From a virus, in IMG/VR virus record IMGVR_UViG_3300018432_000290, positions 4,010-68,009 of that record: a stretch of DNA of 64,000 nucleotides; one strand, 5' to 3'. How positions within the stretch are numbered: the stretch's first letter is position 1; each line of letters opens with the position of its first letter. Below the pieces are notes generated by a model, which was not told the origin of the DNA, searched no databases, and saw only the letters and a program-made list of their open reading frames with translations. This document shows positions 44,146 to 54,207 of the stretch, in pieces. A program made the position numbers and the translations under genes.

Positions 44146-47100
44146 TAGTGAGCGCTCCTGATCCCGCGCGAGTGGGCGCGTCCGACGTTCTCCAGCGTGT
44201 CCACGACCACCCCGCGCATGCGGCCTTCCAGGCCGTTCACCTCCACGGACCCCTCGATGGTCATGCCGGTCAGCGTGGAACTCACCACCGCACGCGCCGC
44301 GGCCATGGCGGCCCGGCTGTCCACGGCACCCCCGGGCAGGCGACCGGCCTGCATCTCGCGCACCAGCCGCGTCAGGGTGTCGTACTGGGCGGTCTCCCGG
44401 GGGTTGAGCACCCGCTCATCGGCGATGACGTCCTTGAACATCACCCCGCGTCCTCGAGCGACCCCGCCCAGGTCGAACCCGGCCTGCGTGGCCAGGCTCT
44501 CGGCGGCCTGGCGGTGCTTGGTGTAGGCCCCGGGGAACGCGGACACCTGCACGCGCTGGGCCGCGGCCCCGTAATCCCCGTACGGCCCCTTGCCCAGCTT
44601 GTTGAAGAACAGCCCCGCGGAGCCGCGGGCGTTCATGCGCTGGGCCAGGGTGCCCCACCCGGCCTGGCGCTGCTGGAAGATGCCCACCGAGTCGTGGTCC
44701 CCCCCGATCCCCTCGTGGGGGAACTTGAGCGACTCCGGCACGCTGTTATTGGCCAGGATGCGGATCCCGGACTCCTGCATGCCGGTCATCAGCGCGATCA
44801 CGAACCCCTCGCGGGGGATGCCCCGCTCCTTGGCCGCCACCGCAATCTCCTTGGCGTGCCCCAGCTGGCCCGCCGAGGCGGGCCCCGTGGCCGCGCCCCC
44901 GGCGGCCCCGGCGGCGGCCCGCTGGGCGGCCAGCACCTTCTGGGCCTCGTCCAGCAGGCGCTTGATGGTGCTGTCCCGGTCCAGCTGGCCGTACCCGGGC
45001 GGCAGCTTGCGGTTGGGGTTGATGCGCCCGGAGCTGCCGATCTCGTTGTCCTGGTTGAACCGGCGCACCACGGGGTCCGCGTGCTTGGCGTAGGCCGCAT
45101 GGATGGCCGGGGTGATGGTGTCCACCACCGGGGCCGCGGCACCCCCGCCGCCGGCGCCCCCCACGAACGCCCCCCCGGCCTCTCCCAGGCTGAACTTGTC
45201 GGGGAACAGGCCGTCCGTGGCCCCCCGGGCCCCCCCGCCGATCTGTGGCCCCACCCCGCCGCGGCTCTCCACGTTCTCCCCGCCCAGGGTGCCGGCCATG
45301 TGCCCGACGCCCCCGCCGGCGTTCTTGGTGTTGCCGATGCTGAACGAGGTGGTCAGTCCGGGGGCGAACCCGGACCAGGGCATGGACGCCGTGGACCCCA
45401 GGCGGCTGTGGGGGGCCTGCCCGCGCAGCACGTTGGTGATCTGGGACATGAACCCGGAGCAGTCCGACCCCCCGGGCCCGGCCCCGCCCCACACGTAGGG
45501 CTTGCCCACCATGGAGCGGGCGAACTCCTTGGCCTTGTCCACGGCACCGCCCACCGCGTACCCGGGGGGGTTGGCGTAGCGCCCGCCGGCGGCCTGGCGG
45601 GCCTCGGCCTGCCCGCTGTTCAGGGCGTCCAGGAAGTGGCGGTGCGGGCGGGCCACGTCCGCGCGCACCACGTACTCCCCGGGGCTCACGCGGGCCAGCA
45701 TCTTGTCCTCCCGGGGTCCCCCGGGACCGCGCAGCGTGCCCCCGCCGGTGGCGTCCACCTGGCCACCGCGGGCGTACTCCGGGATGCCGGCCATGGGGTT
45801 GACCGGGGGCAGGTTGACCAGGCGGGCCACTTCGTTCCAGGCCCGCACGATCCCGTTGTTCCACACCGTGTTGATCAGGAAGTTGACGGGGGCGGCCAGC
45901 ATGCGCCGCAGCCCGTTCCACACCTGGCCGATGCGGTCCACGGCCACCTGGAACTGGTCCCCCAGCCAGCGCAGCCCCCCGGCCACGGCGTCCCAGGCCG
46001 GGCGGATGACGTTGTCCCAGACCCCCTGGATGATGGCCCCGATGCCGTCCCACACGGGGCGCACCACGCTGTCGATCAGCCACTGGGTCACCGGGCCCAG
46101 GGTGTTCTGCATGAACCCCACCAGGGCGTTCCAGGCCACCAGGATGATGTTGTTCCACACGTAGCTGATGACCTGGCCGATCCCGTTCCAGGCCGCCTCG
46201 AACACGTTGTGCCACAGCCACATGATGGCCGGGTTGATGGTGTTGTTCACAAAGCCCACCAGCGCGTTCCAGATGGGCAGGATGATGGTGTTCCACACCG
46301 TCTGGATCACCAGGCCGATGCCGTTCCACGCGGCCTCGAACACGTTGTGCCACAGCCAGTTGAGCGCCGGGATCATGGTGTTGTTGACGAACCCCACCAG
46401 CGCATTCCAAATGGGCAGGATAATGGTGTTCCACACCGTGCTGATCACGGTGCCGATACCATTCCAGGCCGGAACAAACACGTTGTTCCACAGCCACATC
46501 ACGGCCGGGATCAGAATGTTGTTCACGAACCCCACCAGCGCGTTCCACACCGGCAGGATCAGGGTGTTCCACGCGAAGCTGACGGCCTGGCCGATCCCGT
46601 TCCACGCGGGCACGAACACGTTGTTCCACAGCCACATCACGGCCGGGATGATCCAGTTGTTGATGAACCCCACCAGGTTGTTCCAGGTGGGCATGATGAT
46701 GGTGTTCCACACGAAGCTGATGGCCTGGCCCATGGCGTTCCAGGCCGGGACCATCACGGTGTTCCACAGCCACATCACGGCCGGGCCGATCACGTTCTGC
46801 ACCAGCCACGCCATGGCGTTCCACACCGGCTGGATGATGTTGACCCACGCCCACTGCACCACGGCGGCAATGGCCTGGAAGGCGGGCACGAACACGTTGT
46901 TCCACAACCACAGGATGGCCGGGCCGATCACGTTCTGAGCAAGCCAGACCAGCGCGTTCCAGTACGGCTGGATGATGTTGGTCCACGCCCAGCTCACCAC
47001 CGCGCCGATGGCGTTCCAGGCCGGGACGAACACGTTGTTCCACAACCACAGGACGGCGGGCCCGATGACGTTCTGGACCAGCCACACCATGGCATTCCAG

Positions 47101-49154
47101 TACGGCTGGATGACGTTGGTCCAGGCCCAGCTCACCACGGCCACGATGCCGTTCCAGGCGGGCTCCATCACGTTGTGCCACAGCCACAGCAGGGCCGGGC
47201 CCAGGGTGTTGACCACCCACCCGGCCAGGGCCTGGAACACCGGCAGCAGGATGTTGTACCAGGCCCACTGGGCCACCGCGACGATCCCCCGCCACGCGGC
47301 GTCCACGATGTCGCGGAACCACCCGAAGTTCTGGTAGGCCCAGATCACCCCGGCCACCAGGGCGGCCACGGCCACGATCACCAGCCCGATGGGGTTGGCC
47401 GTCAGGGCAGCGTTGAGCAGCCACTGCACCCCGGCCCACACCGCCGTGGCGATGCGGATGGCCACGATGGCGGCCACCATGGGCCCCAGGATGGGGCTGA
47501 TGAACGACAGCACGTTGCCCAGCGGCACCAGGGCCCAGCTCACCAGCTGGAACAGCACCTCGAGCAGCGGGCTGCCGGCCTGCCACACGTCATAGAGCCC
47601 GCGCGCCAGGGACATGATGCCCGGCCACAGGATGGCCAGCTTCTCCGCGAACCCCTGGGCCAGCCCGCGCACGATGGTGAAGAAGTCCGTCAGTCCCTGG
47701 GCGCCCTCCGGGGTGCGCAGGGCCGCGGCCAGGTCCCCGGTGATGCGCACCAGCACCCCGAGGAAGCTCTCCCCGCTGCGCGCCCCGGCATCGAAGATGG
47801 ACCCCAGGATGCTGCCCACGTTGACGGCCAGGTCCCACAGCTGCTGGATCACCACGATGGACTGCCGGATCCACCCCGTGATGGTGTTGATGCCCTCCGC
47901 GCTGGCCGTCCAGGCCCGGAACCGCTCGGCCACCCCCCCGATCCCCCCGGTGAGCTCCACCAGGATGGGCATGCCGATGGCCGCGATGTTGACGAAGGCC
48001 TGGGCGATGGGGTTGGCGGCGCGGAACACGTTGTCGAACGCCAGGGCGGACCCGTTGGCGATGGTGGTCACCTGGGCGATGCCCTGGGCGCTCTGGAGCC
48101 AGCCCCCGAAGGCGTGGGCGCCGGCGTTCACCGACCCGGCGATGCGCCCGAACGTGTCCGCGGCCAGCGGGAGGTACTGGGACCCCAGCGCGGTGGTCAG
48201 CGGGCCCAGCCCGTTGAACAGCGCATCCTGGGCCGTGGTGCGCACGTTGGTCAGCTGGGGGCCCAGCCCCTGGATGGCCAGCACCGTGTCCCGGGCCTGG
48301 GGGCTCAGCTTGGCCAGGGCCTCCTGGAACTGCTTGGCCTTGGTGGGGTCGAACGCGAACCCCAGGGCCTCCCCCACCCCGGCGGTGGCCGTCTTGAGCG
48401 CCCCCACGCTGATGGCCGCGGCGGACAGCGCGGCCGGCATCAGGCCCACCCCGCCGGCGGCCTGGACCGCGCTGTGGCCCAGGCTGGCCAGGAACGGGGT
48501 GGCCCCCAGGATGGCCGCGGGCATGGCCAGCAGGCTCAGCGCCCGGGACAGCGCGGCCAGCTGGACGATGGCCCCGGCGGTGTCCACGTCCACCTTGCTG
48601 TGGACGGTGCCCACCAGCCGGGAGGCCATGGCCCGGAACCCGGTCAGGGCCGCCGTGGCCCCCCCGGTGTCCACGTCCATGGCCACCTGGACGCGCTCGT
48701 CGCGCAGGCTGTTGAGGCGCGCGCGCAGCCCGGCCAGCTTGGCGTCCGCGTTGGCCATGTCCAGGTCGATCTTGGGGTCGGCCTTGGTCTTGTTCAGCAC
48801 GTCCAGGTCGTGGGTGATGCGCGCGACCTTGGCCTCCGCGGCCAGAATGTCCGCGTCCACCTTGGGGGTGCTGGTCTTGCCCCGCAGCTCGTCCAGGCGG
48901 GCGTTGGCCTGGGCCAGCTTGGCCGTCATGGCCGAGATATCCAGGTCGATCTTGGGGTCGGCCTTGCGGGCCGCCAGCTGGTCCAGCTTGGCCTGGGTGC
49001 TGGCGATCTCCTTTTCCACGGCCTTCATGTCCGCGTCGATCTTGACCACGGGGTTCTTCATGGTCTCGAACTCACGGCGCACCTGGGTGGCCGCCCCGCG
49101 GGCGTCCGGCTTGACCGGCACCAGGAGCTGGCCTGCCGTGAACTGATCGGCCAC
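44145..49154 (-). CDS. Tape measure protein with NlpC/P60 and lysozyme-like domains
   Basis: 1669 aa; ANPIGLVI, Trp-periodic repeats; [15 protein letters not shown]; [16 protein letters not shown]. Confidence 0.93.
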   Translation of the reverse strand: MADQFTAGQLLVPVKPDARGAATQVRREFETMKNPVVKIDADMKAVEKEIASTQAKLDQLAARKADPKIDLDISAMTAKLAQANARLDELRGKTSTPKVDADILAAEAKVARITHDLDVLNKTKADPKIDLDMANADAKLAGLRARLNSLRDERVQVAMDVDTGGATAALTGFRAMASRLVGTVHSKVDVDTAGAIVQLAALSRALSLLAMPAAILGATPFLASLGHSAVQAAGGVGLMPAALSAAAISVGALKTATAGVGEALGFAFDPTKAKQFQEALAKLSPQARDTVLAIQGLGPQLTNVRTTAQDALFNGLGPLTTALGSQYLPLAADTFGRIAGSVNAGAHAFGGWLQSAQGIAQVTTIANGSALAFDNVFRAANPIAQAFVNIAAIGMPILVELTGGIGGVAERFRAWTASAEGINTITGWIRQSIVVIQQLWDLAVNVGSILGSIFDAGARSGESFLGVLVRITGDLAAALRTPEGAQGLTDFFTIVRGLAQGFAEKLAILWPGIMSLARGLYDVWQAGSPLLEVLFQLVSWALVPLGNVLSFISPILGPMVAAIVAIRIATAVWAGVQWLLNAALTANPIGLVIVAVAALVAGVIWAYQNFGWFRDIVDAAWRGIVAVAQWAWYNILLPVFQALAGWVVNTLGPALLWLWHNVMEPAWNGIVAVVSWAWTNVIQPYWNAMVWLVQNVIGPAVLWLWNNVFVPAWNAIGAVVSWAWTNIIQPYWNALVWLAQNVIGPAILWLWNNVFVPAFQAIAAVVQWAWVNIIQPVWNAMAWLVQNVIGPAVMWLWNTVMVPAWNAMGQAISFVWNTIIMPTWNNLVGFINNWIIPAVMWLWNNVFVPAWNGIGQAVSFAWNTLILPVWNALVGFVNNILIPAVMWLWNNVFVPAWNGIGTVISTVWNTIILPIWNALVGFVNNTMIPALNWLWHNVFEAAWNGIGLVIQTVWNTIILPIWNALVGFVNNTINPAIMWLWHNVFEAAWNGIGQVISYVWNNIILVAWNALVGFMQNTLGPVTQWLIDSVVRPVWDGIGAIIQGVWDNVIRPAWDAVAGGLRWLGDQFQVAVDRIGQVWNGLRRMLAAPVNFLINTVWNNGIVRAWNEVARLVNLPPVNPMAGIPEYARGGQVDATGGGTLRGPGGPREDKMLARVSPGEYVVRADVARPHRHFLDALNSGQAEARQAAGGRYANPPGYAVGGAVDKAKEFARSMVGKPYVWGGAGPGGSDCSGFMSQITNVLRGQAPHSRLGSTASMPWSGFAPGLTTSFSIGNTKNAGGGVGHMAGTLGGENVESRGGVGPQIGGGARGATDGLFPDKFSLGEAGGAFVGGAGGGGAAAPVVDTITPAIHAAYAKHADPVVRRFNQDNEIGSSGRINPNRKLPPGYGQLDRDSTIKRLLDEAQKVLAAQRAAAGAAGGAATGPASAGQLGHAKEIAVAAKERGIPREGFVIALMTGMQESGIRILANNSVPESLKFPHEGIGGDHDSVGIFQQRQAGWGTLAQRMNARGSAGLFFNKLGKGPYGDYGAAAQRVQVSAFPGAYTKHRQAAESLATQAGFDLGGVARGRGVMFKDVIADERVLNPRETAQYDTLTRLVREMQAGRLPGGAVDSRAAMAAARAVVSSTLTGMTIEGSVEVNGLEGRMRGVVVDTLENVGRAHSRGIRSAH

Positions 49155-49178
49155 GGAGCGGTCACCTCCTGGTGTCGG

Positions 49179-50120
49179 TCAGGTCTCGCCGGGCGGGGTG
49201 AGCATGACTGCCCCGCGCACTGCCTCGGGTGGCGGCACGCGGGGCTGGTCCGTGGTGTTCAGCGGTGGGGGCTGATCGGTCTTGTCCGGGGAGCGCAGCA
49301 CCTGGGACACCACGTCCTCGTGCTCGGCCATGAAGTCCAGGAACTCGTACCGGTCATCCGCGGTCTCCGGGCCCTTACTGGGGCGCGGGGGGGTGCCTCG
49401 CTTCTTGCCGGCCTGGGCCGCGAACACCGCCCACCCCAGGAACTGCAACCGGTTCTCGATGCGGTGCAGGTATGACACCTCGGTGGTGTAGCCCTCCAGC
49501 GGGGGGCGGTTGCTGCCGGGCTTCTTGCGCTTGGACGGGGGGCCGTACTGCTCGGCCACGCGCCGGGCCAGGTCGTCGTCATCCAGCTGGGCACTGCGGT
49601 AGTGGCTGCCGGCCGGTAGGCGGGCGGCCACCTCCAGCAGGTGCTCCCACCCGTCGGGGTGGGTGCCGCGGAAGTAGTCGCTGAGCAGGTGACCGCGCTC
49701 CCACAGGTCGTACTGCAACCCCCTGCCGTACACGTTGACGCGCTCCACCAGGTCGTACCACCCGATGGACGGGGGGTGGGTGAGGTGGAAGTGGCCGAGC
49801 ACGTCGTCCGCGGCCCGGGCCGGGCTGCGGTCCAGGGTCTCCAGCACGTCGCACAGGTCGTCGTACTGGTCCCCGGCCAGGATCTCCAGCTCGTCCAGGG
49901 CCCCGCCAGCGTCGTCCAGGGCGGCCACCGCGGCATCGTCCGGGGGGTCCAGTGCCACGGTGACGGACAGCTCCCACGGGCCGTCCCGGTCCCGGTACCC
50001 CACCACGGTGGTGGGCAGGGTGTACGGCCCGTGCGTGCGCGCCAGCAGCTCGGCGAAGAACGACGCCGGCGGGTCCTCCTCCGAGTCCTCCGGGTCCTGG
50101 GGCGGTGGCTGCTCGGCCAC
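49179..50120 (-). CDS. Tail assembly chaperone-like protein preceding TMP
   Basis: Position; RLPAGSHYRSAQLDDDDLA motif. Confidence 0.7.
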   Translation of the reverse strand: MAEQPPPQDPEDSEEDPPASFFAELLARTHGPYTLPTTVVGYRDRDGPWELSVTVALDPPDDAAVAALDDAGGALDELEILAGDQYDDLCDVLETLDRSPARAADDVLGHFHLTHPPSIGWYDLVERVNVYGRGLQYDLWERGHLLSDYFRGTHPDGWEHLLEVAARLPAGSHYRSAQLDDDDLARRVAEQYGPPSKRKKPGSNRPPLEGYTTEVSYLHRIENRLQFLGWAVFAAQAGKKRGTPPRPSKGPETADDRYEFLDFMAEHEDVVSQVLRSPDKTDQPPPLNTTDQPRVPPPEAVRGAVMLTPPGET

Positions 50121-50126
50121 CCCCGG

Positions 50127-50609
50127 TCAGCGCCGGCGCGGGGGCACGCGGCCGCGGCCGCGACGCTGGGCCCGGTTGCCCTCGGCCTTGTCCAGCTTCT
50201 CCACCTTGTCCTGCATGGAGCTGGGGTCCATCCCGAAGTGCATGGACATGCCCCGGGCCAGCTTCCAGGTCAGGTCCGGGTTGCGCTGCTCCCGGAACAC
50301 CGGCTCGAACTCCTCCCACAGCTCCTGGCCCATCACGGTCTCGAAGAAGTCGCTCAGGAACGGGGCCTGCTCCGCGTCCAGGGTCTGGCCCACCCCGGGG
50401 CGGGGCACGCTCCAGTCCTGGCCTCCCAGCGTGAAGGTGAACGGATCCGGGTCCTGCTCCCCCTCATCCGCGGCCACCTCCGCGTCCAGGTCCAGGTGGA
50501 CGGTGGACAGGCGGCGCACCGTGGCGGTGTCCTCTCCGGTGGTGGCTTCCTCCTCCTCGAGCTCGGGGTCAGGGCGCTGGGAGCGGGCCTTGCGGGTGGC
50601 GGGGGGCAT
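50127..50609 (-). CDS. Tail assembly chaperone
   Basis: Start MPPATRK; LDLDAE..PFTFTLGG; position. Confidence 0.7.
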   Translation of the reverse strand: MPPATRKARSQRPDPELEEEEATTGEDTATVRRLSTVHLDLDAEVAADEGEQDPDPFTFTLGGQDWSVPRPGVGQTLDAEQAPFLSDFFETVMGQELWEEFEPVFREQRNPDLTWKLARGMSMHFGMDPSSMQDKVEKLDKAEGNRAQRRGRGRVPPRRR

Positions 50610-50714
50610 GGGTTGGCCTCTCTGGTGGCGACTGGGCGGCGACTGGGGGCAGTGCTGGGCCCCGGAGGGCCGGGAGCCGGACCCGGGCGTCGCCAACCCG
50701 GGCCCGACCCCCGG

Positions 50715-50984
50715 TCAGGAGGGCTCGGCCGGGGCCGACTGGGCCGGGGCCGACTGGGCGGGCTGCTGCGCGGCCTGCTGGGGGCGCTGCTGCTGGGCGG
50801 GCTGCTGGGCGGGCTGCTGCTGGGCCTGCTGGTCCCCGCCCCCCTCGTCGGACACGTCGCGGTACCCGGCGGTGTACACCAGCGTCTGGTACTCCGCGGG
50901 GTCCTCCACGATCACCTCCACGCCGTCCTTCGTGCGACGCAGGGTGGCCGGGTTGTCCTTGGACACGTGCTGGGCCTGGACCAT
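50715..50984 (-). CDS. Small protein with Gln/Pro-rich tail
   Basis: AAGGAG RBS; QQPA repeats; hairpin downstream. Confidence 0.65.
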   Translation of the reverse strand: MVQAQHVSKDNPATLRRTKDGVEVIVEDPAEYQTLVYTAGYRDVSDEGGGDQQAQQQPAQQPAQQQRPQQAAQQPAQSAPAQSAPAEPS

Positions 50985-51019
50985 GGCTGCTCCTTCGATC
51001 AGAGGGTCAGGGGGGTGGG

Positions 51020-51733
51020 TCAGGGACCGACGTGGGCCGGGAAGCCCATGTCCTCCAGGTGGGAACGCAGCCCGGGCCCGCCCATGCAGGTGATCAGGCT
51101 GGTGCCAATGTCGGTGTCCACGTTGCCCTTGAGGGTGACCGGGAAGGTGCTGTACTCCTCCCCGCCCCAGGCCTGGGCGTCCGCGGTGTCCAGCACCCCG
51201 GCCGTGAGGAACTTGACGATCCACACCCGGTCGGCCCCCACTCCGTCCTGGCCGTACGCGGCGTACCGGCGCTCGATCAGCGGGGCGTCCTGGGCCCGCA
51301 CCCACCGCAGCTCCCCGGTGACGGGGTCCGGGGTGATGCCGCTCATGTCGATGTTCTCGTAGGCCTCCAGCACCGGGCGCTTCCACTCCAGGAAGGTGGC
51401 GGTCAGGTTGGCCACGTCGGTGGTGACGTCGCTGCGGATGCTGTCCCGGAACCCGATGGCCAGCAGGTCCACGGTCTCAATGTCACGCTCCCAGCTGGGG
51501 GCGTCGTCGGAGCCGATCAGCCCCATGTCGTCCCAGCCGTCCTCCGGGTCCAGGTTGATCAGCTGGGGGCTGTCGGACCCGGTGGCCGCGTAGGTGATGG
51601 CCGGCGGGATGGGGGCTTCCTTGGGCGCGGAGAACACGTGCATGCGCTGAATGCGGTGGGTAAGGCTCTTGGACAGGTTGGCGATGGTCATGTTCTGGAC
51701 GGCGGTGGTGACGCCCACGGTGGGTGCGGTCAT
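51020..51733 (-). CDS. Major tail protein
   Basis: GWDDMGLIGSDD, IRSDVT; AGGAGG RBS; position. Confidence 0.8.
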   Translation of the reverse strand: MTAPTVGVTTAVQNMTIANLSKSLTHRIQRMHVFSAPKEAPIPPAITYAATGSDSPQLINLDPEDGWDDMGLIGSDDAPSWERDIETVDLLAIGFRDSIRSDVTTDVANLTATFLEWKRPVLEAYENIDMSGITPDPVTGELRWVRAQDAPLIERRYAAYGQDGVGADRVWIVKFLTAGVLDTADAQAWGGEEYSTFPVTLKGNVDTDIGTSLITCMGGPGLRSHLEDMGFPAHVGP

Positions 51734-51767
51734 GGCTGGTGTCCTCCTGGACTCGGGGGGGCGGGGC

Positions 51768-52205
51768 TCAGGTCAGGGCTGGACGCCACGACAACCGCCA
51801 GTTCTCGATCTTGCGGATGGTCTTGCTCTCCCCGGCGGCGCTCCAGGCCGGGCGGATGGGACCGGCCTCCACACGCGCGAGGTCGGGGACGGCCCCCGCG
51901 TGCACCTCCTCCCCCACGGCGTCCTTCATGGCGCGGAACATGGCCTGTTGCATGGACTGCACCTGGGCGTAGCTGGCCCCGAAGTACGCGATCTCCACCA
52001 GCGGGTTGTCGGAGGTCTCATCCAGGTTGGGGGCCCCGCCCACCCGCTCGATGCGGATGGTGCCGCCCGGCAGGTCGCGTCCGGCCGCGGTCTCGCGCCC
52101 CACCCGCTCCACCGGTTCCCCGTTGATCAGGATGGTGCCGGCGATGCTCTTGACCACGTCCTCGGCGTCCTGCCAGGTCCCGTGGTAGTCCGGGTCCACC
52201 GGCAT
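51768..52205 (-). CDS. Tail terminator-like protein
   Basis: IRIERVGG..DNPLVEI; position. Confidence 0.7.
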   Translation of the reverse strand: MPVDPDYHGTWQDAEDVVKSIAGTILINGEPVERVGRETAAGRDLPGGTIRIERVGGAPNLDETSDNPLVEIAYFGASYAQVQSMQQAMFRAMKDAVGEEVHAGAVPDLARVEAGPIRPAWSAAGESKTIRKIENWRLSWRPALT

Positions 52206-52207
52206 GG

Positions 52208-52495
52208 TCAGCGACCCCGGGTGGCGTAGTGGGTGGCCCGGGTGACGGCGTTGCCGAAGTGCTGTTGCACCGAGGCCCCGTCCTGGACGATCACGGCCCC
52301 CTTGCGGTCCCCGAAGTCGGCGGGTTCCACGTGGGTGCTGGTCTGGGTCTCCCCGGTGTCCACCGGGGTGGCGGCCCGGATGCGCGCGGCCTCCGGGATC
52401 GCGGCGCGCATGCACCCGCCCTGGATGCTGCGCGAGCGCAGCAGCGCGCCCCAGCCCGGGCTGTGGTGGTCGTACTTCACGGGGCCGATCGCCAC
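52208..52495 (-). CDS. HK97 gp10-like neck protein
   Basis: ATPVDTGE motif; position. Confidence 0.65.
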   Translation of the reverse strand: MAIGPVKYDHHSPGWGALLRSRSIQGGCMRAAIPEAARIRAATPVDTGETQTSTHVEPADFGDRKGAVIVQDGASVQQHFGNAVTRATHYATRGR

Positions 52496-52514
52496 GGGGG
52501 CCTCCCCTGGGTCG

Positions 52515-52862
52515 TCAGCCGGCGCTGTGCTCGGCCGTCAGCTGCACGTTATGGGGCGACTCCGGCCACACCCGTGCAGGTCCCACCAGCGTGGCGCGGA
52601 TCCATCGGTCACTGCCAGGTTCCAGCTCCAGGTCCACGGCGTCCTGGGCGCGCAGCGCGCCCAGCTCCGGGGGGCCGTACACGGTGTACGGCACCCGGTA
52701 CTGCTGGCCGGTGCTGTGGCTCTCGGACGGGGGGCGCCCCTGGATGGAGCACCCCCCCACGGGCGGGGACACCGAGTCATCCACGAACCGCCCGTCCGCG
52801 TCGTCGGTGCGCACCACCATGCGCACCCGCTGGGACCCGGGGGGCTCGTCCCAGAAGCTCAC
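52515..52862 (-). CDS. Head closure-like protein
   Basis: GGAGG RBS; GCSIQG; position. Confidence 0.6.
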   Translation of the reverse strand: MSFWDEPPGSQRVRMVVRTDDADGRFVDDSVSPPVGGCSIQGRPPSESHSTGQQYRVPYTVYGPPELGALRAQDAVDLELEPGSDRWIRATLVGPARVWPESPHNVQLTAEHSAG

Positions 52863-53050
52863 GGAAGATCAGCCTCCAGGGGAGCGTGGCAGGAGCACAG
52901 GCACCGGGCCGGGCAGAACTTGCACACCATCCGGCACTCCCCGTGCAACTCATGGTGGCAGGCCGTGGACACGTAGCGGTGAGCACTGGCGTGGGGTTCG
53001 CGCAGGGCGGTGTCGGCGTCCACCCGGTCACCGCGCCAGCGACGGGTCAT
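52859..53050 (-). CDS. Small Cys/His-rich protein inside the head-tail operon
   Basis: HRYVSTACHHELHGECRMVCKFCPARCLCSCH; coupled at both ends. Confidence 0.6.
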   Translation of the reverse strand: MTRRWRGDRVDADTALREPHASAHRYVSTACHHELHGECRMVCKFCPARCLCSCHAPLEADLP

Positions 53051-53580
53051 CCCACCACCCGGTAGCGGTCCAGGATGGCCGTGGCGGCCAGCGTCCACTG
53101 TGGGCCGGTCCCGCTGTAGGTGCGGGACCGGGACACGTCCCCGCTGGTGCGCAGCTCGTGTGTCACCCCGGGGGTCACCGGGTCATGGATCACCCGGGCG
53201 CGCTCGAGGACCACGGCCAGCAGGTCCGCCGGGCATCGCTCGTACCCGTGGGACAGCGTCACCAGCAGGTTGCCGTCCCCGCAGGGCCAGCCGGCGGCGC
53301 GGGCCAGCATGGGCCCGGGGACTTCACGCCACCCCGGGATGGGGGTCTCGTCGGGGTCGGTGGCGGCCACCACCGACACCACCTCCACCACCCGGCGGGT
53401 GGGGAGCCGAAGGCGGCTGCCTCCGGTGCCGGACACCTGGGCGGTGGTGGTGAGCACGGGGGCCACGTGCCACCCGCACTCCCCGCGCACGTCCTCGGCG
53501 GCCATCTCCAGCTCACGGTCGGTGAGCTCGGCGGCGGCCGGGATCCCGGTGACGTCCTGGGTCTTGACCAGGCGCTCCAC
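53047..53580 (-). CDS. Head-to-tail adaptor
   Basis: VRGECGWHVAP, LRLPT, VTLSHGYERCPADL. Confidence 0.75.
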   Translation of the reverse strand: MERLVKTQDVTGIPAAAELTDRELEMAAEDVRGECGWHVAPVLTTTAQVSGTGGSRLRLPTRRVVEVVSVVAATDPDETPIPGWREVPGPMLARAAGWPCGDGNLLVTLSHGYERCPADLLAVVLERARVIHDPVTPGVTHELRTSGDVSRSRTYSGTGPQWTLAATAILDRYRVVG

Positions 53581-53584
53581 CGGT

Positions 53585-53782
53585 TCAACGCCGCCACTCG
53601 GGGATGGTGGTGCGCGTGCCCCGGTTGCCCTCCGGGGTCTCGGGGGGCTGCTCGCGCACCAGCTCCCCCCACCCCCCGGCCACCGCGTCCTGGGCCTGGC
53701 CGGGGGTCATGCGGGCCTCGTCCCCGGCGCTCCAGGAGCCGTCGGGGCGGGACACGTCCCGGGTCACGCGCACCAGCGGCAT
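53585..53782 (-). CDS. Small head-associated hypothetical
   Basis: Position after capsid gene. Confidence 0.55.
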   Translation of the reverse strand: MPLVRVTRDVSRPDGSWSAGDEARMTPGQAQDAVAGGWGELVREQPPETPEGNRGTRTTIPEWRR

Positions 53783-53785
53783 CGG

Positions 53786-54115
53786 TCAGGCGCCCCAGTG
53801 CTCGGGACGGTTCTCGGCCGCGGCCCGCAGCTTGTCGTCGGCGTCCTCGGGCAGCCCGATCACGTCGTACCCCGGGGACTGGTGGGCCTGGCCCGTGGTG
53901 GTGCGGGACACGATGGCCACCCGGTCCGGCTGGGACTGGGCCACCTCGCGGGTGGCACTGGCACCGGACTGCTCCAGGGTGGTGGGCTCGGTCAGGGGGG
54001 CGCGCTTGTCCCCCTGGGTGGACCCCTCCTGACGCTCCGGGTCCGGGGCGTCCCCGGCCGCGGTGGTGCTGGCGGTGGGCTGGTCGGACTGACTGGTGTC
54101 GGCGTGCTGGGCCAT
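53786..54115 (-). CDS. Hypothetical protein
   Basis: GGAGG RBS before MAQHADT. Confidence 0.6.
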   Translation of the reverse strand: MAQHADTSQSDQPTASTTAAGDAPDPERQEGSTQGDKRAPLTEPTTLEQSGASATREVAQSQPDRVAIVSRTTTGQAHQSPGYDVIGLPEDADDKLRAAAENRPEHWGA

Positions 54116-54162
54116 GGTGGGCCTCCGCTCTCGTGGGCGTGCGAACTGTCGTCGTTGGGGTC

Positions 54163-54195
54163 GCAGCGGCGGACCCACGGGGGGCCCGCCGCTGC
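54163..54195 (-). terminator. Hairpin after the major capsid gene
   Basis: GCAGCGGCGG / CCGCCGCTGC 10-bp stem. Confidence 0.55.
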
Positions 54196-54207
54196 CCAGG
54201 GCCACTG

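Noticed and set aside
44121-49475. 1784-aa plus-strand ORF and other long antisense ORFs (e.g. 52591-55521, 55484-58204, 27166-29874)
   Set aside because: Shadow frames of real genes in very GC-rich DNA; no motifs and skewed composition
50100-50160. Programmed frameshift between tail assembly chaperones
   Set aside because: No clear slippery heptamer before the stop at 50127; the downstream ORF has its own GTG
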